Part shown: positions 17,809 to 25,104 of the stretch, piece after piece | Position numbering within the stretch: the first letter of the stretch is position 1 | How the letters are laid out: the number at the start of each line of letters is the position of its first letter | NCBI GenBank assembly: GCA_035459405.1 | Contig: DATHXZ010000271.1 | Span: 1 to 26,292, forward strand | Source of the DNA: Chthoniobacterales bacterium | GTDB taxonomy: Bacteria; Verrucomicrobiota; Verrucomicrobiia; Chthoniobacterales; UBA10450 | Direction of reading: 5' to 3' | Length of the DNA stretch: 26,292 nucleotides | Position numbers and translations under genes: made by a program | The notes under the pieces: generated by a model | The model's input: only the letters and a program-made list of their open reading frames with translations | Told to the model about the DNA's origin: nothing | Databases searched by the model: none

Positions 17809-18462
17809 GTGAAACGGCGGCTCGTTCTCCTCGGCGCACCGGGTTCCGGAAAAGGAACGCAGGCGGAGATGATCACCCGCCACTTCCACATCCCGGTCAC
17901 ATCGTCCGGCGCGATTCTGCGCCGAGAGATGGAGGTCGGAACGCTCCTCGGGCTCGAGGTCGCCGAGACCACAAAACATGGCGAGCTTGTTCCCGACAAG
18001 ATCATCATCGAGCTCATCGAGGATTATGTGCGCCTGCACGGCGCGCATGGCTTCGTTTTCGACGGGTTCCCGCGCACCATTCCGCAGGCCGAAGCGTTGC
18101 AAGGTGTGTTGCAGCGGCATCGCACGCCGCTTGATCTCGCGATCTGGCTCGACGTTTCCGCCGAGACGATCAGCGAGCGTATCTCGCACCGTCTCCAGTG
18201 TCAGTCCTGCGGGTTCACCACGGCAGAAAGCGCGGCGGGGTTCTCTGAGCGTGCGATTTGCCCATATTGCGACGGGCCGCTCGTCCGGCGAACGGACGAT
18301 GATGCTTCTGTCCTGCAAACGCGGCTTTCGGAGTTCAATCGAAAGACGCAGCCGCTGGCCGATTTCTACGATAAGGCCGGCACCTTGCGAAAGATCGACG
18401 GGAACCGCGATCGGGAAGCCGTATTCGCCGACATCTCACGTCTGATCGAGCAGGCGGCATGA
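17809..18462 (+). CDS. adk: Adenylate kinase with Zn-binding (4-Cys) LID
   Basis: P-loop GAPGSGKGTQA, DGFPRT, CQSC...CPYC, RRTDD. The GTG start directly follows the secY TAA. Confidence 0.97.
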   Translation: MKRRLVLLGAPGSGKGTQAEMITRHFHIPVTSSGAILRREMEVGTLLGLEVAETTKHGELVPDKIIIELIEDYVRLHGAHGFVFDGFPRTIPQAEALQGVLQRHRTPLDLAIWLDVSAETISERISHRLQCQSCGFTTAESAAGFSERAICPYCDGPLVRRTDDDASVLQTRLSEFNRKTQPLADFYDKAGTLRKIDGNRDREAVFADISRLIEQAA

Positions 18463-19235
18463 TTCCGATCAAGAGCGGGAAAGAAATCGACAAGATGCGG
18501 CTCGCGTGCCGCACGGCGAGCGAGATTCTCGAGCGCGTAAGCGATCTCGTGCGGCCGGGCATCACCACGAAGGAGGTCGACCAGGCCGCCGCGGACCTGA
18601 TGCAGGAAGCCGGCGTGAAGAGCGCGTTTCTTGGCTATCGCCTGGGCCATCGGGTGTTCCCGGGTAACATCTGCATCTCGCTGAATGACGAGATCGTTCA
18701 CGGCATCGGAAGTCAGCGGCGGATCCAATACGGCGACATCGTGAAGCTGGATATCGGCGTCATTCGTGACGGCTGGGTCGGGGATACTGCGTCGACTGTG
18801 CCAGTGGGAATGATCGACGACCGCACCGAGCAGTTGCTACGCACGACCGAAAATGCTCTGCGCGTGGCCATCGAGACAGCGTCCGAAGGGGTGCGACTCG
18901 GGGACGTTTGCGCAGCGATCGAGGCTGAAGCGGTTGCGAACCGTTTTGCCGTTGTCCGGGAGTTTGTTGGTCATGGCGTCGGACGCAAGCTGCACGAAGA
19001 ACCGCAGATCCCGAATTACGGGAAGCGTGGGAGCGGCCCGAAGTTGAAGGCCGGGATGACTCTCGCGATCGAGCCGATGATCAATGCCGGGACGGCGGCC
19101 GTCCGGCTGCTCGATGATGGCTGGACGGTTTGCACCGCCGACGGAATGCGTTCGGCACATTTTGAGCACACAGTCCTGATCACCAGGGATCAGCCGGAAA
19201 TCCTCACCGGTCGCGGCAAGCCGCAGCTGAAGTAG
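18459..19235 (+). CDS. map: Methionine aminopeptidase type I
   Basis: Metal-ligand motifs DIG...GDTA, GHGVG..LHEEP, EPM and FEHT. Confidence 0.98.
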   Translation: MIPIKSGKEIDKMRLACRTASEILERVSDLVRPGITTKEVDQAAADLMQEAGVKSAFLGYRLGHRVFPGNICISLNDEIVHGIGSQRRIQYGDIVKLDIGVIRDGWVGDTASTVPVGMIDDRTEQLLRTTENALRVAIETASEGVRLGDVCAAIEAEAVANRFAVVREFVGHGVGRKLHEEPQIPNYGKRGSGPKLKAGMTLAIEPMINAGTAAVRLLDDGWTVCTADGMRSAHFEHTVLITRDQPEILTGRGKPQLK

Positions 19236-19264
19236 TCAGCTTCGTAATCGCGTCTATTCCTGTC

Positions 19265-19292
19265 TTGCGGCACCAGAAAGTTATGTTACAGG
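19265..19292 (+). promoter_or_regulatory. Putative promoter for rpmJ-rpsM-rpsK-rpsD
   Basis: TTGCGG (19265-19270), 16-nt spacer, TG-T-TACAGG. Same -35 hexamer and spacing as the rpsL promoter, but the -10 is weak. Confidence 0.4.
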
Positions 19293-19295
19293 TTT

Positions 19296-19390
19296 CGCCC
19301 TACGATTTGTCGGAGGGGCGGATTACCTGCCCACGAGAGTGACAGACGCGGAGCTGATCTCCGCGTTTTTCGTCTGCAAATCAGCTGGTT
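19296..19390 (+). promoter_or_regulatory. Structured rpmJ leader (two hairpins, T tract, loop complementary to the translation-initiation region)
   Basis: Hairpin at 19296-19320. AGACGCGGAG-CTGAT-CTCCGCGTTT (19344-19368). AGCTGAT (19352-19358) is complementary to ATCAGCT (19380-19386). Confidence 0.5.
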
Positions 19391-19504
19391 ATGAAAGTTC
19401 GACCCTCAGTTAAGAGACTTTGTGAAGCGTGCAAGATCGTGAAGCGCAAGAACGTCGTGCGCGTGATCTGCAAAAATCCCCGCCATAAGCAGCGCCAGGG
19501 GTAG
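19391..19504 (+). CDS. rpmJ: 50S ribosomal protein L36 (Zn-ribbon type); too short for the ORF track
   Basis: Manual translation [37 protein letters not shown]-stop. Confidence 0.99.
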   Translation: MKVRPSVKRLCEACKIVKRKNVVRVICKNPRHKQRQG

Positions 19505-19513
19505 GAGACATTT

Positions 19514-19909
19514 ATGCCACGTTTACTCGGAGTTGAAATTCCTGCGGAGAAGCGCATCGAGGCGTCGCTCACGTATATCTACGGCATCGGTCCCACGACG
19601 GCTAAGCGCATCCTCGACCAGACAAACATTGATCCGAATCTGCGCGCGCGGAACCTGACGCCGCAGCAGTTGAACGACATCATTCACGCGATCACCGACA
19701 ATAAGATCGTGATCGAGGGCGATCTTCGTCGTGAACTGCAGAGCAATCTCAAGCGCCTCCAGGCGATCAATTCGTATCGCGGGATCCGGCATCGTCGCGG
19801 CCTGCCCGTGCGTGGTCAGCGCACCTCAACGAACGCGCGCACGCGCAAGGGACCGCGCAAGACGGTTGGCGTGATCCGCAACAAGGACGCGAAAGCCGGC
19901 AAAACCTAA
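19514..19909 (+). CDS. rpsM: 30S ribosomal protein S13
   Basis: LTYIYGIG...EGDLRR...[26 protein letters not shown]; AGGAG SD upstream. Confidence 0.99.
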   Translation: MPRLLGVEIPAEKRIEASLTYIYGIGPTTAKRILDQTNIDPNLRARNLTPQQLNDIIHAITDNKIVIEGDLRRELQSNLKRLQAINSYRGIRHRRGLPVRGQRTSTNARTRKGPRKTVGVIRNKDAKAGKT

Positions 19910-19935
19910 AACATTCCGTAGCACTCACGTAGATC

Positions 19936-20631
19936 ATGGCAGATTCAGAAGAGAACAAGCCGGCGAAGACCGGCGGTAAGAAGTCACCAGCTGCGAAGCC
20001 CGGTCAGCCGGAACAGTATCCGGCAGGGAGCTCTAAGGGCGACTCTGCTCCGCCGGCGCCAGTCGCAGCGCCGGCCGCACCGGAACAGACCGGGAATGCA
20101 GCCGCCTCCGCAACCGCAGCAGCTCCAGGCGGCACGGCGGAGCCCGGCACCAAGGCGCCAGCAAAGAAGGCCAAAGGCAAAAAGGACGAAGCTGCGGCCA
20201 CTGCCGAAGCACCGAAAGAGAATCTCTCGCTCGACCCGAACGCGGTCGAGCCAGTCAAAATCATCAAGGCAAAGGGGAGTAAGAACGTTCATTCTGGCGT
20301 CGCTCACATCCTTTCCACGTTCAACAACACGATCGTCACGATCACAGACCTGAACGGCAACGTGATCGGCTGGTCGAGCGCGGGTAAAGTCGGCTTCAAA
20401 GGCTCGCGCAAAAGCACGGCATACGCCGCGCAGATGGTCGCGCAGGACGCTTCTCGTCAGGCGATGGGACACGGCCTCAAGGAAGTCGAAGTGCTCGTGC
20501 GCGGACCAGGTGCCGGTCGCGAATCAGCAGTTCGCGCGTTGCAGGCAATCGGGCTCGATCTGACGGTCATCCGCGACGTCACGCCGGTTCCCCACAACGG
20601 CTGCCGGCCGCCAAAGCAGCGCCGCGTTTGA
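19936..20631 (+). CDS. rpsK: 30S ribosomal protein S11 with ~105-aa N-terminal low-complexity extension
   Basis: Core [12 protein letters not shown]...[14 protein letters not shown]...GPGAGRESA...[18 protein letters not shown]. Confidence 0.99.
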   Translation: MADSEENKPAKTGGKKSPAAKPGQPEQYPAGSSKGDSAPPAPVAAPAAPEQTGNAAASATAAAPGGTAEPGTKAPAKKAKGKKDEAAATAEAPKENLSLDPNAVEPVKIIKAKGSKNVHSGVAHILSTFNNTIVTITDLNGNVIGWSSAGKVGFKGSRKSTAYAAQMVAQDASRQAMGHGLKEVEVLVRGPGAGRESAVRALQAIGLDLTVIRDVTPVPHNGCRPPKQRRV

Positions 20632-20636
20632 TGCGG

Positions 20637-20671
20637 AACATCGAACACCCAACACCCAACATCGAACACTG
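20637..20671. repeat. Five tandem heptamers (AACAYYN) between rpsK and rpsD
   Basis: AACATCG AACACCC AACACCC AACATCG AACACTG. Confidence 0.85.
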
Positions 20672-20680
20672 AAATCTTAG

Positions 20681-21292
20681 ATGGGCAGATACACCGGACC
20701 GAAAACCAAAGTCGCGCGTCGCTATGGCGTCCCGCTCTTTGGGCCATCGAAATCTCTCGAGCGCAAAAACTACCCGCCAGGCATGCACGGCCCGAAAGGC
20801 TCGCGTCGCAAGCAGTCGGACTATGCCGTCGCGCTCGGCGAGAAACAGAAATTGCGCTACCAGTACGGTCTGCTCGAGAAGCAGTTTCGCCGCATTTTCC
20901 AGACCGCTCTCCGTCGCCGCGGCGTCACGGGCGAAACGCTCCTGCAGCTGCTCGAGACACGCTTGGACAACGTGGTTTTCCGGCTCGGCCTAGCGAACAC
21001 GCGCAGTGCCGCTCGTCAGCTTGTTTCGCACGGCCATGTCGCCGTGAACGGCCGCGGCGTGAACATCGCCTCGTACAACGTGAAAGCAGGCGACACCGTT
21101 TCGATCAAGAACAAGCCGAAGTCACGTCAGCTTGCGGCGCGCAATCTCGAGCTCACGCAAATCGCTCCTGTTCCGGACTGGCTTATCGCCGACCGCGACG
21201 CGCTCAGCGGAAAGGTTACCCGCGTTCCTGTTCGCGACGAGATGCAGCCGATGGTCAACGAGCAGTTGATCGTCGAGCTCTACTCACGCTAG
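20681..21292 (+). CDS. rpsD: 30S ribosomal protein S4 (no Zn-binding Cys)
   Basis: MGRYTGPK...PPGMHG...EKQKLRYQYG...ETRLDNVVFRLG...ARQLVSHGH...QLIVELYSR. Confidence 0.99.
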   Translation: MGRYTGPKTKVARRYGVPLFGPSKSLERKNYPPGMHGPKGSRRKQSDYAVALGEKQKLRYQYGLLEKQFRRIFQTALRRRGVTGETLLQLLETRLDNVVFRLGLANTRSAARQLVSHGHVAVNGRGVNIASYNVKAGDTVSIKNKPKSRQLAARNLELTQIAPVPDWLIADRDALSGKVTRVPVRDEMQPMVNEQLIVELYSR

Positions 21293-21304
21293 TGCGAAGA
21301 CGCC

Positions 21305-21381
21305 TGTAGCGGCGGTCTGTGGCCGCCGATGACGGGTTGTGTATGTGTGGCGTGTTCGCCGGACATAGACCGCGGGCTACA
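21305..21381. repeat. GTAG-family REP-like inverted pair between convergent genes
   Basis: TGTAGC-GGCGGTC-TGT-GGCCGCC ... CATAGACCGCGG-GCTACA. The right arm is a near reverse complement of the left arm. Confidence 0.7.
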
Positions 21382-21382
21382 G

Positions 21383-21610
21383 CTACGCCTCGAGATATTC
21401 GAGCGCCTTTGTGTAGCTGCGCCGTTGAAGAAAGTGTCGGAGTTGTGGGTCTAATCGCGGTGCGAGGCGCTGCTCGATCGCTTCGAGCCGACCGGACACC
21501 TCCTGTAGCCGCACCATGTGCCGATCGGGATCTCGGCGGCTTTCTTCATCAGCGATGACGGTCAGGCGCTCACGGAGCGCACTCGCAAGCTCTCCCAGCT
21601 CTTCGTCCAT
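21383..21610 (-). CDS. Small helical hypothetical protein (75 aa)
   Basis: MDEELGELASALRERLTVIADEESRRDPDRHMVRLQEVS...LRHFLQRRSYTKALEYLEA. The longer track ORF overlaps the divergent regulator gene, so ATG 21610 is preferred. Confidence 0.65.
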   Translation of the reverse strand: MDEELGELASALRERLTVIADEESRRDPDRHMVRLQEVSGRLEAIEQRLAPRLDPQLRHFLQRRSYTKALEYLEA

Positions 21611-21656
21611 CGGAAAAGCTTGAAACGCCCGGCGCTTTTGCGCAAGCGTCGAAGCC

Positions 21657-22079
21657 GTGGCTGGCGCAGACGCACTTAAACGAATCCTCGTCGTCGATGA
21701 CGATGTAACGCTGATGCGCGTCACGCGCGAGGCGCTTACGTCGCTCCTGCGGTGCGAAGTCGACACGTCACCGAAGCCCGAATACGGATTCGAGCTGATG
21801 CTGAAACGCAGCTACGACCTGCTGATCTTCGACTTCTCGATGCCGATGATCGACGGTGCGATGCTGTTCCTGCTGATCGGCAAAGTTTACACTAATGCGC
21901 AACCGCCGCGGGCGGTCCCGCCGTTGTTGTTGATCTCCGGCAGAGGAGATGAAGAACGCGCGCAGGAACTCCTGCGCGAGCCGGGAGTGAGTGGGTTGAT
22001 CCCGAAGCCATTCACGATCAACCGCCTTATCGAGCGGGTGAAGGAATGCGTGCCTGGGATTGAGAGTGTCGGCGCGTAG
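21657..22079 (+). CDS. Single-domain response regulator (CheY-like receiver)
   Basis: RILVVDDD, phosphoacceptor LLIFD-FSMP, ISG and the PKPF lysine motif; no output domain. Confidence 0.9.
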   Translation: MAGADALKRILVVDDDVTLMRVTREALTSLLRCEVDTSPKPEYGFELMLKRSYDLLIFDFSMPMIDGAMLFLLIGKVYTNAQPPRAVPPLLLISGRGDEERAQELLREPGVSGLIPKPFTINRLIERVKECVPGIESVGA

Positions 22080-22085
22080 GCGGCT

Positions 22086-22448
22086 CTACGAACGTCCCTG
22101 CCGAGCCTCGTCCAGCAGTTGCTGGCGAGCGTCGAGCCAGTCTTTCGCGGGATCGCCTTGCAACGCAAGCTGCACCCGCCGCTCCGCGATGAAGTAAGCG
22201 CGCAGACGGATATCTGCGTCTGAAGGTTCGGCCGGTTCGCTCACCTGAGTGCGCCGCTTGCCAGCGCTCTTTTTCGAAGCCGCAGTGGCTGATCTCTTTT
22301 TAGCAGCAGGCTTCTTTGCTGCTGGCGCTTTCGCCGAACGTGTCCGCTTTTTCGCCGGGGCAGCGGTGTTCTCGGTCGGTTCCGTAGTGCCATTGGTGGT
22401 CACAGGAGCGTCGTCGTTCGCTGGTTGTTTCTTCGAAGTCTTAGGCAC
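22086..22448 (-). CDS. DUF2934-like domain protein with a basic histone-H1-like N-terminal region
   Basis: C-terminal IRLRAYFIAERR...DPAKDWLDARQQL pattern; N-terminal AKKPAAKK-type repeats. Confidence 0.75.
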   Translation of the reverse strand: MPKTSKKQPANDDAPVTTNGTTEPTENTAAPAKKRTRSAKAPAAKKPAAKKRSATAASKKSAGKRRTQVSEPAEPSDADIRLRAYFIAERRVQLALQGDPAKDWLDARQQLLDEARQGRS

Positions 22449-22451
22449 AGG

Positions 22452-22460
22452 TGGTATGAT
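22452..22460 (+). promoter_or_regulatory. Extended -10 element, probably for the downstream membrane-protein gene
   Basis: TG-G-TATGAT about 100 nt upstream of ATG 22562. Confidence 0.4.
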
Positions 22461-22561
22461 GATGGGTTCGAGAACACAATTACTAGTGGCGCGAAGGTTT
22501 GCAAGCGGATTTTCCCAAACCAGTTGCCTGTGCTGTGCCGCGTCGGATACCGTTGCTGCGC

Positions 22562-22984
22562 ATGCGGCACTTCGTCTTCCGCTGGGTGGTCACCACGATC
22601 GCAGTCATGGTTGCCTCGGCGTTCCTGCCGGGCATGCGCTACGACAGCATAGGTTCGCTCGTTGCGGCGGCGCTGCTTCTCGGAATCCTCAATGCCTTCG
22701 TGCGCCCGCTGCTGCTCATCCTGAGTGCGCCGCTCATCCTCCTGACACTTGGCTTCTTCATTCTGATCGTGAATGGCTTCATGTTGCTCGTGGTGCCGAA
22801 CTTCGTTCCTGGCTTTCATGTCGACGGCTTCTGGAGCGCATTTTGGGGCGCGATTGTGATCGGCATTATCAGCTGGATGCTCAGCGCGTTCTTCCGCGGC
22901 AGCGATGGCCGCGTGCATGTGCTGACGCATCACACAGACATCAAGCAAGTGCAGGGTCGGGTGATCGATCCCGGCTCGCGGTAG
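22562..22984 (+). CDS. Phage_holin_4_2 / YvlD-family membrane protein
   Basis: AALLLGILNAFVRPLLLILSAPLILLTLGFFILIVNG...GFHVDGFWSAFWGAIVI signature. Start at ATG 22562. Confidence 0.9.
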   Translation: MRHFVFRWVVTTIAVMVASAFLPGMRYDSIGSLVAAALLLGILNAFVRPLLLILSAPLILLTLGFFILIVNGFMLLVVPNFVPGFHVDGFWSAFWGAIVIGIISWMLSAFFRGSDGRVHVLTHHTDIKQVQGRVIDPGSR

Positions 22985-23118
22985 CTCTCACGTTTCGCTT
23001 TCGCGCGCAGCGGGGAATTCGCGATCGCACCGCTGCTGCGGCAGGTGGCGACGTGTGGAAGCGGCGCGGTCGCAACTCATCGGCTACCTGTGCCGCGGGT
23101 CTGTGAATTTCACACTGT

Positions 23119-23142
23119 AGAGCCGTCTTCGCGGTCTTTTTT
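23119..23142 (+). terminator. Possible intrinsic terminator (or single GTAG-tagged palindrome)
   Basis: AGA(G)CCG-TCTTCG-CGGTCT followed by a T tract; the stem is short and bulged. Confidence 0.35.
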
Positions 23143-23201
23143 CGGGGTTGGTCTGCTTCGTGCTTTAGACACGTCCGCAGTCATCAATCTCCCATAAAAA
23201 T

Positions 23202-24983
23202 ATGTCTACTCGCCTTAACCAATTCCTCTGCGGAGCGGCGGCGTTGCTCTTCGCGACGTCAGTCTCTCACGCGCAGCTCAGTTCCCCTGCGCCTGCGCCG
23301 CTCTCCAGTCCGTCGACCTTGCTGCAACCAGCAACTGCTTCGACCACGACTGCAACCACGACGCTTCCAGCAACCGCTCCGAGCAGCAAACCCGCCAGCA
23401 GCTCTTCGATGATGCTGGTCCAGGCTGCGACGGTGCCGGCAGCATCGCCTGCTCCTGGTGCCACTGGGACCACGACCACGACAGCGACGACCACCACTCC
23501 CGGCGGTGAACTCGATCCGGTGGCGGAAAGCGGCGGTGTGGGCGTGCGCGAGTTTCAAGGCGACGACGTGGGCCAGGTGCTGCGCCTCCTCGCGCGCCAA
23601 GCGAAGATCAACATGGTGGTGAGCGACCAGATTCCGCCAGCCACGACCGTCACGATGCGCCTCGAAGATGTCACTGCACTGCAGGCGATCGCGATCATCG
23701 TGAAAGCCAAAGGGCTCTTCATGGATCAGATCGACAACGTCTACTACATCAAGACCGCAGCCGAGCGCACCGCTGAGCCGACGGAAAGCGATAGCTATCA
23801 ATTCAGCTACAGCCGCGCGAAAGACATCGCTCCGCTGATCGCCTCGCAGCTCGCGAGCAAGGACGCGCCGCAGGTCGATGACCGCACGAACACGATGTTC
23901 TACCGTGAGACCCGCAGTAACATCGACGCGATTCGCAAGATGCTCGTGCAGATCGACAAGCCCACCAAGCAGGTCATGATCGAGGCGCGCCTGGTTGAGG
24001 TGAACGCAAATCCGAAACAGACCTACGGCATCAACTGGGCGGGTGTGACTGGCGGCAAGTCGGTCGGATATTCCGGCACCAACAGCCTGCGCGACCCTGC
24101 CGGCCAGCTGATCCCGAATGACTTCACCGCCGGTAATGCAGCCAATCCGAACCTGCTCGGTAACTTCGCAAAGCTCGCGGCCGGCCAGTTTGCGATCCTA
24201 ACCGTGCCGCAGATGAACATCACGCTCGACGCGCTGAATCAGGACACCGACGCCGAGTTCCTCGCGAACCCGCGCATCGTCACGGCCGACAACCAGCAGG
24301 CGAAGATCGAGATCATCCGCAACCAGCCGGTCCCGCAGCTCAATTTCAACGAGCAAACCGCCACCGCAGTGTTCGGCGGATTCGAGGACAAAAAGTTCGG
24401 CAACACGCTCGTGGTTAAGCCGCTCGTGAACAAAGACAACTTCATCACGCTGGCGGTGAAGCCGGAGATCAGCAACAAGGTTGGCGACCAGGATTTCTTC
24501 CCGCCGAACTCCGACCAGCCGGTGAAGAGCCCGATCATCGATACCCGCACGCTCGAGTCGACCGTGCTGATCAGGAGCGGTGACACGCTCGCGATCGGTG
24601 GTTTGCTCCAGGATGAAATCACGAAGACGCGCACCAAGGTGCCGATTGTGGGCGACGTTCCTGTGCTTGGCTACCTCTTCCAACACCGCAGCAATGCCCG
24701 CGTGAAGCGCAATCTCCTCGTGTTTGTGACGCCTTCGATCATCGATCAGAGCTACGGCACCGGCCTCGAAGATCAGGTCAGCGGATTGCACCATAGCGGT
24801 GAAGAATATGCCGACCCGAACGGCTGGCGGAATAATGCGAAGGGCGCTGTTCGCGTCGTGCCTACTTCAAACCGTCAGCGCGCAGCCGATTATCCGAAGC
24901 CGGGAACGCCGCCGGCGCCTGCGAAGACAGCGTCCTCCAGGCGTATGCGCTTCATGAGCGACGCGAAGGATCGCGACTTCTAG
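23202..24983 (+). CDS. Outer-membrane secretin (PilQ/GspD family)
   Basis: Signal peptide (VSHA-Q), Pro/Thr/Ala linker and N0/STN-like segment. QVDDRTNT...IDKPTKQVMIEARLVEV, LANPRIVTADNQQAKI, VLIRSGDTLAIGGLL, KVPIVGDVPVLGYLF and LLVFVTPSII follow. Confidence 0.95.
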   Translation: MSTRLNQFLCGAAALLFATSVSHAQLSSPAPAPLSSPSTLLQPATASTTTATTTLPATAPSSKPASSSSMMLVQAATVPAASPAPGATGTTTTTATTTTPGGELDPVAESGGVGVREFQGDDVGQVLRLLARQAKINMVVSDQIPPATTVTMRLEDVTALQAIAIIVKAKGLFMDQIDNVYYIKTAAERTAEPTESDSYQFSYSRAKDIAPLIASQLASKDAPQVDDRTNTMFYRETRSNIDAIRKMLVQIDKPTKQVMIEARLVEVNANPKQTYGINWAGVTGGKSVGYSGTNSLRDPAGQLIPNDFTAGNAANPNLLGNFAKLAAGQFAILTVPQMNITLDALNQDTDAEFLANPRIVTADNQQAKIEIIRNQPVPQLNFNEQTATAVFGGFEDKKFGNTLVVKPLVNKDNFITLAVKPEISNKVGDQDFFPPNSDQPVKSPIIDTRTLESTVLIRSGDTLAIGGLLQDEITKTRTKVPIVGDVPVLGYLFQHRSNARVKRNLLVFVTPSIIDQSYGTGLEDQVSGLHHSGEEYADPNGWRNNAKGAVRVVPTSNRQRAADYPKPGTPPAPAKTASSRRMRFMSDAKDRDF

Positions 24984-25004
24984 GGACCAGACAGATGTGG
25001 GGTT

Positions 25005-25041
25005 GAGAGGGGGCGGGTGCTCGAGAGAGGCCCGCCCTCTT
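25005..25041. terminator. Strong GC hairpin with a GAGA tetraloop between the convergent secretin and sigma genes
   Basis: GAGA(GG)GGGCGGGT(G)CTC-GAGA-GAG-GCCCGCCCTCTT; U tracts are weak on both strands. Confidence 0.5.
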
Positions 25042-25104
25042 GGTTTCAATCGGAGCGTCATCTCACACCTCGCGCGGTTCGCGCCCGATTACGACCGCGT
25101 CGGT

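Noticed and set aside
20637-20671. Tandem repeats and REP pairs as a possible CRISPR array
   Set aside because: The units are 7 nt or two-arm palindromes with no repeat-spacer periodicity, and no cas genes are present.
22075-22090. CGTAG-GCGGCT-CTACG mini-palindrome sharing GTAGAGCCG (minus strand) with 23117-23125
   Set aside because: The arms are largely explained by two convergent TAG stop codons, and a 9-nt match is within chance.
22562-22984. Holin annotation as evidence of a prophage, or secretin as a filamentous-phage pIV
   Set aside because: No integrase, endolysin, capsid, Zot/pI or replication gene is nearby, and this membrane family is commonly chromosomal.
22249-23106. 285-aa plus-strand ORF spanning the DUF2934-like and holin-like genes
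   Set aside because: It overlaps two genes with recognisable family signatures and has no motif of its own.
22990-23200. c-di-GMP (GEMM) or other known riboswitch upstream of the secretin
   Set aside because: The conserved GGCAAAC/GCAAAGC-type elements were not found on either strand. It is kept only as an unclassified structured region.
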